From Octopus vulgaris (Eukaryota): DNA of 64,000 nt. Where the stretch lies: contig OX597821.1 in assembly GCA_951406725.2 (NCBI GenBank), forward strand, positions 8,122,001-8,186,000. The letters are read 5' to 3'. Both the position numbers and the translations under genes were made by a program. Positions within the stretch are counted from its first letter, which is position 1; every line of letters starts with the position of its first letter. Of this stretch, positions 1-11,960 are shown piece after piece. The notes below the pieces were generated by a model. That model saw only the letters and a list, made by a program, of their open reading frames with translations, made no database searches and was not told the DNA's origin.

Positions 1-60
1 TATATCTGTCCTTGTTTGTCCCCCTCTGTGTTTAGCCCCTTGTGGGTAATAAAGAAATAG
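1..60 (+). mobile_element. 3' tail of tRNA-derived SINE family A (truncated by window edge)
   Basis: tgtttagccccttgtgggtaataaagaaatag is the reverse complement of the tail seen in the full copies at 17513, 25548 and 54563. Confidence 0.8.
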
Positions 61-1467
61 ATAATTTATAAGTGCTGGTGTCATTGAGGCCAGAAAAATA
101 CAAAACTTAAAGGTCAAGAGCATCATAGTGCTGTGATCCTAGTCCTTTATGTCCTGGTACTGTAGTTCTTTGATAGACGCAAGAAATTTGTCCAGCAATG
201 CATGCTAAAACATTCCATTTTTACCAGCGTTATATAATTGTTGAAGTTCACGATTTGTGGCGTCTGCCTGAATATTTCACGACGCTGTTACCGACGGACT
301 TCTGCTCTCCACGAACACCGAGTGACATAATGTTGTGATGATCTTTGAAACACTGCAACCTGTCCAAAACAAGACATTATAATCAGACTCCTGTCGTCCA
401 ATTACTTCACTGGTGTGGTTCCGTTCTCGGAAACTGGCGGCTTTTCTTTGTAACATCCAAGTTAAAGCTGGTTATCTCTTTGCTGTGAAAACCACTAAAA
501 CGTGATAACTCAACCAAGCCATGTGTTAGTGGTTGCCATCGATTTTCTTTGCAATCTATATTAAGTGCCAATTTGGTTGATGAATTTCTCAATTACTTAT
601 CTTGCTTTCTCCATGTTGGACAATAGCCTGGTCTGTCACGGTGATCACGGTGATATATATATATGTATGTACGTATGTGTGTTCGTGTCCAATGCCCATA
701 TATATTTATATTATATTATATATATATAATATATATATAATATATATATATATATAATATACATCGGGAGTACCTCAACATCAAACAGAGAAAGGAAAAA
801 TCACTACCCGCAGGATAGACAATGCAACCACCCCACCATAAGAATTTACCAACTTTCCTAACGTTATACTCCTTCGCAATATTTTATGCTTTCTCACCAC
901 GGTACAGACGTTAGAAAATCTCGCTTTTATGATGTATACTTCTCTCCAGAGCCTTGATATAAGCAACAAATTTGATTAATTGTAACAAATACATACCAAG
1001 TACAAAATTATACATTGAAGGAAGACACATTCATCTTTCCAAGTTTTGGAATACTTCAGACTGAAAGTAATTTCAATTTGTTAAAAATGGTTTTAATATT
1101 GTTTAAAACGTCTGACTGATATTTAACTAACGAGTCGACCGACACGCAATGCCTTCAGTTACAGCAATCAAAGGATGCGATCATGGAAACTGTCTGTAAT
1201 ACCTCTTTGAGGTGACATTTTTATGATGTGGTGATTAGAATTTACGATTTATTGTTGTAAATAATATACAAAACGGTAGCAGCAGCATTTTTTTATCGTC
1301 TTCAGGGTATACAGAGTATGGTTAATTAAATATTCAAGGGACCTCTACATCTTGTTTAGATATCTCCAAATTTCGGATGACTGATGTTTAGATAACCGAA
1401 ATTTGTATGTGTATATATTTATAACTTAATGTGCTATATGAAACATAGATAAATAAAATCATTAGAA

Positions 1468-1523
<56 letters not shown>

Positions 1524-1524
1524 C

Positions 1525-1614
<90 letters not shown>

Positions 1615-1827
1615 TTGGTGAAATAGAAAGATGAATAATCTTGTTGCAGATTAATCAAAAGTTTAACCGATACCTTGGTAGCAAAAATCACAGCAGAAGA
1701 AAGCACGGTTGGAGGTACAACCATATGGTGTTGCAACCGTGCGTTGGTGCGGATAATTGAATTTTAATATTATTAGTGAATTGAAGAAATGGAGTTGAAC
1801 GAAGATTGAACAGAAATCCTTTTATTG

Positions 1828-1912
1828 CATTCTACACGTGTTTCGAAAGCCACAATTTACCAAATTCCGATTGAATAAGGAGACCATATTGTGTCTTTCT
1901 CTTCAGGAAGAA
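1828..1912 (-). ncRNA. Type I hammerhead ribozyme-like motif (long stem II)
   Basis: Minus strand reads ttc-CTGAAGA-gaaagacacaat...attgtggctttc-GAAAC-ACGT-GTA-gaa: canonical core, paired stem II, palindromic stem III ACACGTGT, 3-bp stem I. Confidence 0.7.
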
Positions 1913-2027
1913 ATAGGAATTCCGTTGGCAGAACAAAAACAGAACAGAGGCGCAGCAAAACAAATCGAACGAGGAGGCTCCTAAGAGCCCATGGCCAAAT
2001 ATAGTTTATGGTATTGAACGTGGATAA

Positions 2028-2125
2028 AGGGCCTGATGATTGGGGTTACATTTTAAGAAGGGTTCCAGGAAAACATGGAGTGGTTTAGGAACCGGAGGAT
2101 GTACCTGATGAAACACGTGTTGCCA
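2028..2125 (+). ncRNA. Type I hammerhead ribozyme-like motif (long stem II)
   Basis: ggc-CTGATGA(2033-2039)-ttggggttacat..ggttcc..ggaacc..atgtacctgat-GAAAC(2110-2114)-ACGT-GTT-gcc; same ACACGTGT stem III; AATAAA follows. Confidence 0.6.
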
Positions 2126-2284
2126 AGTAATAAAACATTAGGTATTTGAAATAAAAATTCTTTTTATATGGTGAGATGTAGGGGGCCACTATCTCTAAAT
2201 TAAAATATATATTTCTTCATTGAGAATAATTTGAACCTCTGTTATGCCGGAATTTTTATTCCCTAACAAATAAAATTTAAATGA

Positions 2285-2341
<57 letters not shown>

Positions 2342-2342
<1 letters not shown>

Positions 2343-2501
2343 TAGCAGTATAACCTGGCCTTGCCCGGGATTAAGTTACGATTATTAAGCTAATCAAGTT
2401 CTTTACTTCAAACCAAACTAAGTAATATAGACGTCAAATTTGGGTGAAATCCGTTGAAATTAGTTATATTATATATATATTATATATATATTATATATAT
2501 A

Positions 2502-2562
<61 letters not shown>

Positions 2563-3145
2563 AATATAATATAAATATATATGGGCAATGGACACGAACA
2601 CACATACACACACGTACGTACGTACACCAATTGCATGTTTTGTGGACGCATGCATGTTCATAAACAGAAATGACTGAAAAAAATGTTAAATTTGTAGATT
2701 AACACTCGCACGATTTTCACTAAGAGAAAAAAATCTTTTTTTTTGCGTGGAATCAACTACTCTGGCCTCAAAACCCTTTTTCTGGTCAGTGAAACGGAGT
2801 GGAGTGTGGTGGAAGCCTCGCAAATTGTACCCATTTATATTGTGTAATTCACTGACAAATTGTTACTCACCTCTTTGTTTCTTTGTTATTAAATAAATGG
2901 ATTGTCAACAAAACACTTTTTTACTCGGCGTAAAATATAAACAAAACTCTTTCGCACCCAAAGTAATGTGTGTGTGAGAGAGAGGGGGAGAAACATGAAC
3001 GATTTAAAATAAATAAATGATTTGAAATAAATATATTGTAATTGTTGTGTGAGAAAGTATATATACAATGATTATAAAATATAGTGTCTTTCAAAAACAA
3101 AAAACAAAACATTTTACATTTTTATTTTTTATGAACGTCGTCACT

Positions 3146-3196
<51 letters not shown>

Positions 3197-3487
3197 TCTC
3201 ACTTTGTCTTTCCCATGAAACTCTCTGCCTCCTTCTTCCACTTTTCTTTATCTTATTTTTTTGTTAGACGCCGTCAAAAAAGCTATCGCTGATATTTTTT
3301 ATGGCTAAAAGCTATGGTTGAAAATAGATTTTTACGCAATTCGCGGGTGCCTCGGGAAAAAAATAAGTTGACAAAACCCAGATAGGGTGTTGACGAATGT
3401 CCTAAAATTGAAGCGAGATGCGTGCTAATTTGTGGATGTGCATAAATTACAATCACGTACACACACACACATCATGCTTTTATAGAT
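2342..3487 (-). mobile_element. Putative non-autonomous Helitron
   Basis: Minus-strand 3' end cccgggcaaggccaggttatactgCTAG-t (GC hairpin + CTAG) at 2342-2370; possible 5' end a-TCTATAAAAGC near 3487; interior extent uncertain. Confidence 0.45.
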
Positions 3488-3498
3488 ATGATATATAT

Positions 3499-3569
<71 letters not shown>

Positions 3570-4317
3570 TTCGTAATACATACATCTATATATGTGTGCG
3601 TGTTTGTGTGTGTATAAGATAGACAGATAAAGCTATATTATGTTATAACAATTGTGTTATTGAAATGATGTGCCAATAATGGAAGCTAATAGCATATATA
3701 AATAGACTATTATGCGTAGATATGGAACATTACTGCTTATGCAGTCTATAAACTTCATTTTACCGCACGTTATTTCTATAACATCATTTATTTATTTACT
3801 TTCTTTCTTACGTCATTCCCTAACACTGTGCAACACTACCATTTCAATTTTGCTTCTCACTCTCGCGCCCTTTCAATGTACCATTTCTTCCACAATCTAT
3901 CAACTCGTTCTATTTTCAGCATGAATAACATTTTCATTCTAAAGGCAATTACATGACAGTGCAGAGAAAACAAGCCGTGGTCTGACAAATGTATCGAGTC
4001 TCTCTGCACAAACACATGGCCTGGTCTGTTTATATATGCTGGTCTTTCCAATGTATAACAACTGTTATAATGCCGTCCGTCGATTGTCAAGATTAATTCA
4101 GATAGGAATTAATTACAATAAATAATTAGAAATAGGCCGAAAAAGTCACGGTTTTAATCTAACAAAATCTAACAACAAACTATATCGGACACGATGGTTT
4201 AGAGAAAACAACAGAAAAAGCAACGAAAGTTTTTTTCATAAAGATGTAATTGTTGACAGAGTTTGTAGTTATGGTTTTACATCTAACCAAGCTATTACTC
4301 TGTGAGAATGTGAACAT

Positions 4318-4395
<78 letters not shown>

Positions 4396-4599
4396 GAGGG
4401 CGAAACAGTAAATTGTGACCAGCGACGTGTAGCAACATCTGATAGCCTGGTCTGTCACGGTGATCACGGTGATATATATATAACATCGGGAGTACCTCAA
4501 CATCAAACAGAGAAAGGAAAAATCACTACCCGCAGGATAGACAATGCAACCTCCCCACCATAAGAATTTACCAACGAAATTTTCGTTCTAACAATCTAC

Positions 4600-6669
4600 T
4601 AAACAATCATGCACAATAAACCCGTACCACACGCAATAATTACCAACGACGGCCCCGTAAAGCACCACATCCTAACATGGGATATAGGGATACACCTTTC
4701 AATACCCATCCAAGAACCTGCACCATAAATGACAACGGTACTTCACAACAACAGGGAACAACAACATAACAGCTACCGTCTCAATCACCTTAATCATTTT
4801 TTAGACCCAATACGCAAACGCAGAGATACGAGATAGCACCAGACAGACAGGAGGAACCAAAAGTGATAAAAATCATCAATCTAATTCTCAAAGAACTAAC
4901 AGCAAAACAAATCAACATACTTTCCAAAGGGCTCAAGTTTACACCCGCGAACGTCCAAACTACAACGAAATGAAAGAAGACGTCGCAGAATTCTGTAGAA
5001 AATTATGACTCGCTGAGAAACTATACGACAAATACAACGGGGACGAATCGTTAGTCCGAAATAGAAGTAACTACACCCCTTCAAAAGGTAATAACAAAAT
5101 TCTTGACCATTTCTATGAATACATCACGAATTACCCATATCAACACATACACAAACAAAAGCACAAACCAATCTTCAGCAAAAACGAATGGGCAGAGCTA
5201 AACAAATTAAAAGATGATAAAACAATAACAATCAAAGAAGCTGATAAAGGGAGTGCAGTTGTCTTAATGGACACGGTATATTATATAACTCTAGTACTAT
5301 CCATATTAGAAGACACAACATATTATGAAAAGGCCCAACACTATAGTCAGCAGAAAATCATGAGAAATCTAAAACCCATGTTAAACCTATACAGAGAGGG
5401 GCTCACTGACAAGGAATATGATTATATGACCAAATTCAAAAGTAAATCCAGTCAATTCTACGGTATTCCTAAAATACACAAAAGTGAGATAATAAGTAAG
5501 GCGTACAGGAAAGTCACAGACATAATAGGTCACTACTCTTAATGACCTCAAATTGAGACCTATAATAGCAGGTCCCGCATGCGAAACCCACCGCCTCAGT
5601 AACTTTTTAGATACCCTCTTAAAACCATTCCTCAAACTTATCAAAAGCTACATAAGGGACGACTTAGATATGCTCAATCACCTCCCGAAAATAATAAACA
5701 AAAAACCTCTATTTCAATATCCCCCACAGTCTAGGAATAGAGGTAATTCAATTCTGGCTAGAGAATTACTCCAATGAACTCTCACATCGCATCAAAAAAG
5801 AATTCGTAATAGAAGGGCTAAAATTTATCTTGGAGAATAACTACTTCGTCTTCAAAGACAACTCTATCGGCAAATATAGTGTGCAAATATAGCCCTGGTG
5901 TCAACTGCAAAACCAGAAATGTAGTTTACCGAATAAACTGCATGGATAGTAATTGTAAAAATGGGAAAACTGCATATACTGGTGAAACGTCGAGAAGGTT
6001 GGTCGACCGTATAAATGGACATCGGAGGAAGTCCAGGGATCAAAGACAAACCTCGATACTCTACAAGCATGCCAAAGAACAACATGGTGGTGTGCTGAAC
6101 CGGATTAGCATAGAAATTCTGTCTAGATACCCGGACGACGCATCGCTACGACAGATACGAGAGTCAGTCTTCATAAACGAAACACAAGCGGTTTTAAATA
6201 GTAAATACTCTAATTAGGCACATTCCTTACAAAGACCCGTGGAGGCACAGACACATTCACACATACACACACACACGAATGGACACACACACACACACAC
6301 ACACGTGCAAAGACAAACAAGGATACAGACATGCCCTGATGTCCACACGGTCAAACACACATATGCGCATACGCATATGGATTCACATACACCCACACCA
6401 ATTTTTTTCCCATCAATCTTTCAATTATAAAGTGTGTTTGCATCAATATATATATACACACATATAAACATATAAACACACATATAAACCTCTACATTTG
6501 TACACACACGCACATGTATACATACATTCACTCGCACGCACGTACACACACCCGCACACACACACACACACACATTTACATATATATACAATACTATATT
6601 TGTTCCACGTCCTCGCGTTGTTGTGTTTTTTTGTTTTTTTTGTGTTTTCTTGTATGGATTAACTTTATA

Positions 6670-6670
<1 letters not shown>
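4600..6670 (+). mobile_element. Degenerate Penelope-like retroelement (RT + GIY-YIG endonuclease), internally deleted
   Basis: Frameshifted segments IINLILKELTAKQINILSKGLKFTP (~4870-4950), IKEADKGSAVVLMD, FYGIPKIHKS, RPIIAGPACETHRLSNFLDTLLKPF; GIY-YIG CKTRNVVYRINC...YTGETSRRLVDRINGH (5879-6217); RT catalytic core missing; T-rich tail ends in (TA)n. Confidence 0.9.
5879..6217 (+). pseudogene. PLE GIY-YIG endonuclease domain remnant
   Basis: VVY-x-I-x-C...YTGET.R.L..R..GH...E..FI......LN pattern typical of PLE endonucleases. Confidence 0.85.
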
Positions 6671-6719
<49 letters not shown>

Positions 6720-6722
<3 letters not shown>

Positions 6723-6950
6723 AAAAACCCACCTTTTATCAATTCAATAATGAAAAATTAAATTATGCCATTTAGAAAAATTACATATTATATACGTTTT
6801 ATTACAAATATATACGTTTTATTTATTATTTTGCACATTACTTAATCATTGTTATATGTTTTATCTTATATTTAATCTTTCTATATGTAATTTTTCTAAA
6901 TGGTATAATTTAATTTTTGTTTATTGAATTGATTAAAGGTGGTTTTATTC
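6720..6950. repeat. Foldback palindrome in (TA)n (partial copy of the 15681-15968 family)
   Basis: ccaccttttatcaattcaataatgaaaaattaaattatgccatttagaaaaattacatat has an imperfect inverted match at 6885-6948. Confidence 0.75.
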
Positions 6951-6952
6951 TA

Positions 6953-6989
<37 letters not shown>

Positions 6990-6992
<3 letters not shown>

Positions 6993-7345
6993 TGGTTGTC
7001 CATTCCTTATGCAGAGTCTGACCATCTCTTGTACCTATACCTTAGATCCATCATGGAATCTGATGTGGCTTTTTAAACCAGACAATGTTCTGAAAAGACA
7101 CCTTCATAGATTGCATATCTGATTTGGACCACCAAGAGCTGCAGTTAAGTTCTGACCTTTGTGGATCTTAAAATGTCTTTTGAAGCCTCCGTTTGATTTG
7201 TAGACCTTATGGTATAAATAGCTTTGAAAAATGTACACAAATATATAGGGAGAGGATCGTTTTTCATGAGTCCGCAAATGAGGCTTGAACCCAGCAGAAG
7301 AATGGCATGATCTGTCACAAACTGTGCACACAAAAATGTCACACA
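6990..7345 (-). mobile_element. 3' end of a LINE (probably RTE type) with tandem degenerate C2H2 fingers
   Basis: CTVCDRSCHSSAGFKPHLRTH, YKSNGGFKRHFKIH and RTLSGLKSHIRFH followed by a short UTR running into (AT)n; no TGEKP linkers. Confidence 0.55.
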
Positions 7346-7350
7346 CGCAA

Positions 7351-7409
<59 letters not shown>

Positions 7410-7429
7410 TGCATGTGTATGTATGTATG

Positions 7430-7800
7430 TGTGTGTGTATATTATTCAATTTTATTTCAAGATTTGCCAATAGAGAAAAAGCTGGTTCCTAACCTAGACC
7501 CAAGGTTCCTTCATTGAAATTTCAACAACATCAACAGGGTATTTTAGTATGTATGCATGCATGCATGTATGTATGTATGTATGTATGTATGTATGTATGT
7601 ATGTATGTATGTATGTATGTATGTATGTATGTTTGTATGTATGTATGCATGCATGTATGCATGCATGCATGTATGTATGTATGTATGTATGTATGTATGT
7701 ATGTATGTATGTATGTGTGTATGTATGTATGTATGTATCTGTAGATTTGTATGTTTTTGTATGTACCTGCATTCACATAGTTGCATATCTAGACATGCTT
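7430..7800 (+). repeat. Interspersed repeat associated with (TATG)n; inverted homologues at 40280-40645
   Basis: tttcaagatttgccaatagagaaaaagctggttcctaacctagacccaagg and atagttgcatatctagacatgct recur in reverse complement near 40.3-40.6 kb. Confidence 0.75.
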
Positions 7801-9931
7801 AAATGATAAACTTAAATGATTAACTTCTGGAAAATTTTACTTACTTTTACAGTTCCAGTGATGGATTGGATCTAGCTTTCACCTTTCTGGTCTTGAAAAG
7901 CCTAATTTCTCAAAATTAGTATTTAGGCAGTGTGTTACATATCCCAGTGCCCCAATAATTACAGGTATAAGCCTGAACTTTTAATACCCAAGTCACACAG
8001 AGCTGCACTCTTAACTGCAGAGTTTTCAATAGTTCAACGTAAGTATTCTCTTTTCCACTGATTTTCAGCTTTATGTTAATATCTGCTGGGCAGCTGTTTT
8101 CCACAATTGCACTAAGTTTCTCGTCTCTATCTCAAATCATTATATTAGGTCTATTGAATTTACATTTCATTGAGGTCTTCACTGGGACATTCCACCAGTG
8201 TCCTTTTTTATTATGAGTAGCTATGGCTTCTACCATACTGTAGGTTCTTATTTCTTTGTTGTCGGGGTTATTCTTCAGACGTATGTATGTATGTATGTAT
8301 GTATGTATGTATGTATGTATGTATGTATGTATGTATGTATGTATGTATGTATGTGTGCAGGCATGCATGTATGTGTGCAGGCATGCATGTATGTATGCAT
8401 GCGTGCATTCATGTATGTATGTATGTATGTATGTATGTATATATGTATGCACGCATGCAAGCATGCATGCATCTATGTATGTATGTATGTATGTATGTAT
8501 GTATGTATGTATGTATGCATGTATGTATGTGTGTGTATGCATGCACTTATGTATGTACGTATAAAGAGTTTCTTTTCATTCAAGATTCTGTCTATCAAAT
8601 CCAGTCAAAAGCTTTGGTCGGCCCAGGGTTAAAGTAAAAGACACTTGCTCAAGGTGCCATTTAGTGGGACTGAACCTAAGACCATATTGTTGGGAAGCTA
8701 GCTTCTTAACCACACAGCTACACTTGAGCCTAGTTTTTATGCTTTGTGTAAAAATTCCATGCTAAGTTCGCCTCTTATTAAGGAAAAAAAAGACAAAAAC
8801 TTTAGAACCAATGTTATAGGTATGCGAAAGGATGGGATTTGCCATGGTTAGAGCACCTTTGACCATAGGGTTGCAGAATCAGGTTGACATGGGCTTATTA
8901 ATAACACATAATGGTTAAAGTAAATCGATTATACCGTTTCCTCTTGGAAAATTGACTTTGTGTCTAGACAAAGAAAATCGATACACCACCAAGTGGAAGT
9001 ATAGAGATTACTGGTGGAATCAGTAGAGTGGTATTTAGTTAACTTCCTTTTATGACATGAGATCTCATTCTGATTCCGCAAAGGATAAATTTACCTTCTG
9101 TGGACGATAAAGTAATGTACTAATTTAATATTAGACTCGATTGAATCGACTTAACCCAGTCCCTCCCCCAGCGAATATGGTTTTGTTCTTAAGTTCGAAC
9201 TCAACATTTTGCATGGAGATTATTTGAAGAAGGACATTGGTATGATGAGTAGGAAGAAAGAGAAAGAAGTGGGAAAGAGAAATAAGTGGGAAAGAAAAAG
9301 AAGTGGGAAAGAAAAAGAAGGTGCAGAATATAGAGAAGAATGGATTTTCAAAAATAATTTTAGTGAAGAATGGATTTTAAAAAAGGATTTTAAAAAATTA
9401 ATTTCTGAAAAGATACTTTATAAGGAACCACTTGAAATAATTTGTAAAAAGATCAAATTTAATATGAAGATTGAATCGGATAAGATTCAGTTGAAAAATA
9501 ATAATATTTAAAACGAATGAGTTTTTTGAATTGAATTTTGCTTTCACTTTGAAGAAAAGTATTGGATAAACAAATGAAGAAAGAATGAACTTGAGAAAGA
9601 AGAAAAAAAACGAAATTTCTAAACTTTTTCTCTTTGTGTTTTCAGTGAACTTAATGTAAAGACAATCGATCTTTTTATAATTTTACTTCAAAACCACATC
9701 GCTTAGTTACATTTGCATCTGCTCTGATTTGGAAGACAGACAGACAGACGACGACAACAACAACAGCAACTGCAGCAACAACAACTGCTATAACAGTCCC
9801 AACGACTCGTATAACAATAACAGCAGCTATTTCTCTTCTTCTTCTTCTTCTTCTTCTTCTTCTTCTTCTTCTTCTTCTTCTTCTTCTTCTTCTTCTTCTT
9901 CTTCTTCTTCTTCTTCTTCTTCTTCTTCTTC

Positions 9932-9980
<49 letters not shown>

Positions 9981-10009
9981 TAATAATAATAATAATAATA
10001 ACAACAACA

Positions 10010-11630
10010 ATGATAATTAGTAGTAATATCAGGACGACACAGAAAAAGAGCAACCATGTCAAAGTGGAAAGCAGCAATACAAAAAAAAATTGAATTTTTG
10101 TGGATGGATGTATCAGTTCGTGATGAACTTGCTAGAGGAGTAAATGTTAAGACGAAACAAGTTTGAAAAATCAAGCAAAAGTATAAAATCAAAGATTTTA
10201 TAAACCTCCCTGCAACCAAGGAAATAGTGAAACAACGAATACAACTGAAAGCCCAACGGCTCAGAAGGTATGACAAAAGAATCAAATTTTATCGACAAAA
10301 CAAAGTATTCAAGACGGAGCAAAGAAATTTTATAGGAAAATTGGCAAAAGCAAGATAGAAGTAGAGGAGCCACCCAAGACTGAGGAAATGGAAGAGTTCT
10401 GGAAGAAGATATGGAAGAACAAAAATTAATATAATGCTGAAACTCACTGGACAGAACGTGTGAAAGCAAGACTGGAGAAATGGGAAGCAATTGGGGTAGA
10501 AGAGCTAAGAAGTGTTCTTAGAAAGTTTCACCAGGACTCGACCAGATCCCTAAATTCTTATTGAATTGTTTGACAGAAGTACACCAACATTTGCTGTATC
10601 CTTAACTGATTTCATCCGGAATACAGAGCAAATACCTGCCTGGCTGACCGAAGGAACAACATACCTTTTAGCAAAAATTGAAGACATCCAAAGAACTGTC
10701 GACCAATAACATTTCTCAACACCACGTACCAAATCCTCACATTGATACTAACTGAAACAATGTACAATTGCCTTGAACAGATCTCTATCCTTCCACAAGC
10801 TCAAAAAGGTTGTAAAAGGAATTAATATGGATGCAAAAATTAATTACTCATAAATAAAATGATTGTAGAGAATTGCCGGAGCAAAAAGAAGAACCTGAGT
10901 ATGGTATGGATAGATTACAGGAAAGCGTTTGATAGTGTCCCACAAAAATGGCTACTCAAAGCTCTTGAGATATATAAGATCTCGCCTGTCGTCTTCAAAT
11001 TCTTACAAGGTAGTATTGGCCTTGATAATTGTTCTAAAGCAACTTTTGTAAGAGGCAAGCTTAAACAAACAGCTTCCATTAAATTAGATACCGACACTAG
11101 GAGCTTGATCCACAAGAAAGCTATAAATACTTGGGGATAAACGAAGGAGATGGTATACAACATGCTACTATGAAGGGAAAAATAAGAAAAGAGCTTTACA
11201 GGAGAGTAATACTCATACGCTTACTGGTATGAACATCACCCTGAGCCAGTCGTTGAAAGTAAAAATGTCATTATGCTCTTGGATTTTCCATTCAACACCG
11301 CCAGAACGATCCAAGCTAATCGACCAGACATAGTCATTAAAGATAAGGAAGAAAATACTTGCATACTAACAGAGGTAAGTGTTCCCACATAAAAATATAT
11401 CTGTAAAGGAATTTGACAAATTAAGTAAATATAAAAACCTGGGAAATTGAAATACAAAAGATGTGATATGTTAAAGCGAGAACTGTTCCTGTTGTTCTGG
11501 GTGCCCTAGGTATGAGAAGAAAGGTATGTCAGAAACATCTGGATAATATCCCAGGAGAACCATATCCCAGAGAAATCCAAAAGATTATGCTGACAAGTAC
11601 TGCCACATCTCTAGAAAAACCCTATCGATT
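10010..11630 (+). mobile_element. Degenerate RLE-type non-LTR retrotransposon (R4/Dong clade), internally deleted
   Basis: RT motifs PAWLTEGTTYLLAK, QKGCKR, KKNLSMVWIDYRKAFDSVP, YKYLG; C-terminal WYEHHPEPVVE...ANRPDIVIKDKEENTCILTEVSVP...VPVVLGALG (PD-D/E-K restriction-like endonuclease); lies next to (TAA)n. Confidence 0.85.
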
Positions 11631-11729
11631 TGTATTATATGAAAATATTTCGCTACTGCTCCTGCCACTTTCCCTCCCTAAGCTTTCAGTCATACTGTAA
11701 CATCTCTTATCCTTCACTCGCCCCAGGAT

Positions 11730-11960
11730 GCTGGGTGTGTGTCTCTGCAAGTGATTGTAACAAACATGCAGATTAAAAGTAACAGATGACAATGTATCTC
11801 TAAAAGAAACGGAGAAACTTTCAAAATACAAGGATTTGGAAATAGAGGAAACTCGAATGTAGAGTTTAAAAATAGAAACAATTCCAATAATAGTAGACGC
11901 ATTAGGTATGATAAAAAATATTCAGACAAGTACATAACAAAAATACCAGGACTAACAAGA
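11730..11960 (+). mobile_element. Second R4/Dong-like RLE C-terminal fragment
   Basis: DDNVSLKETEKLSKYKDLEIEETRM*SLKIETIPIIVDALGMIKK repeats the endonuclease tail of the upstream element but is diverged. Confidence 0.75.

Larger units (their letters stand above)
1610..2290. mobile_element. (TA)n-embedded module with two divergent hammerhead folds, probable PLE-derived terminal (pLTR-like) unit
   Basis: Bounded by long (TA)n on both sides; holds two hammerhead cores on opposite strands, each followed by AATAAA; left part resembles 23630-23800. Confidence 0.6.

Noticed and set aside
9209-9511. 100-aa Lys/Glu-rich ORF
   Set aside because: A/G-rich low-complexity DNA without domain motifs.
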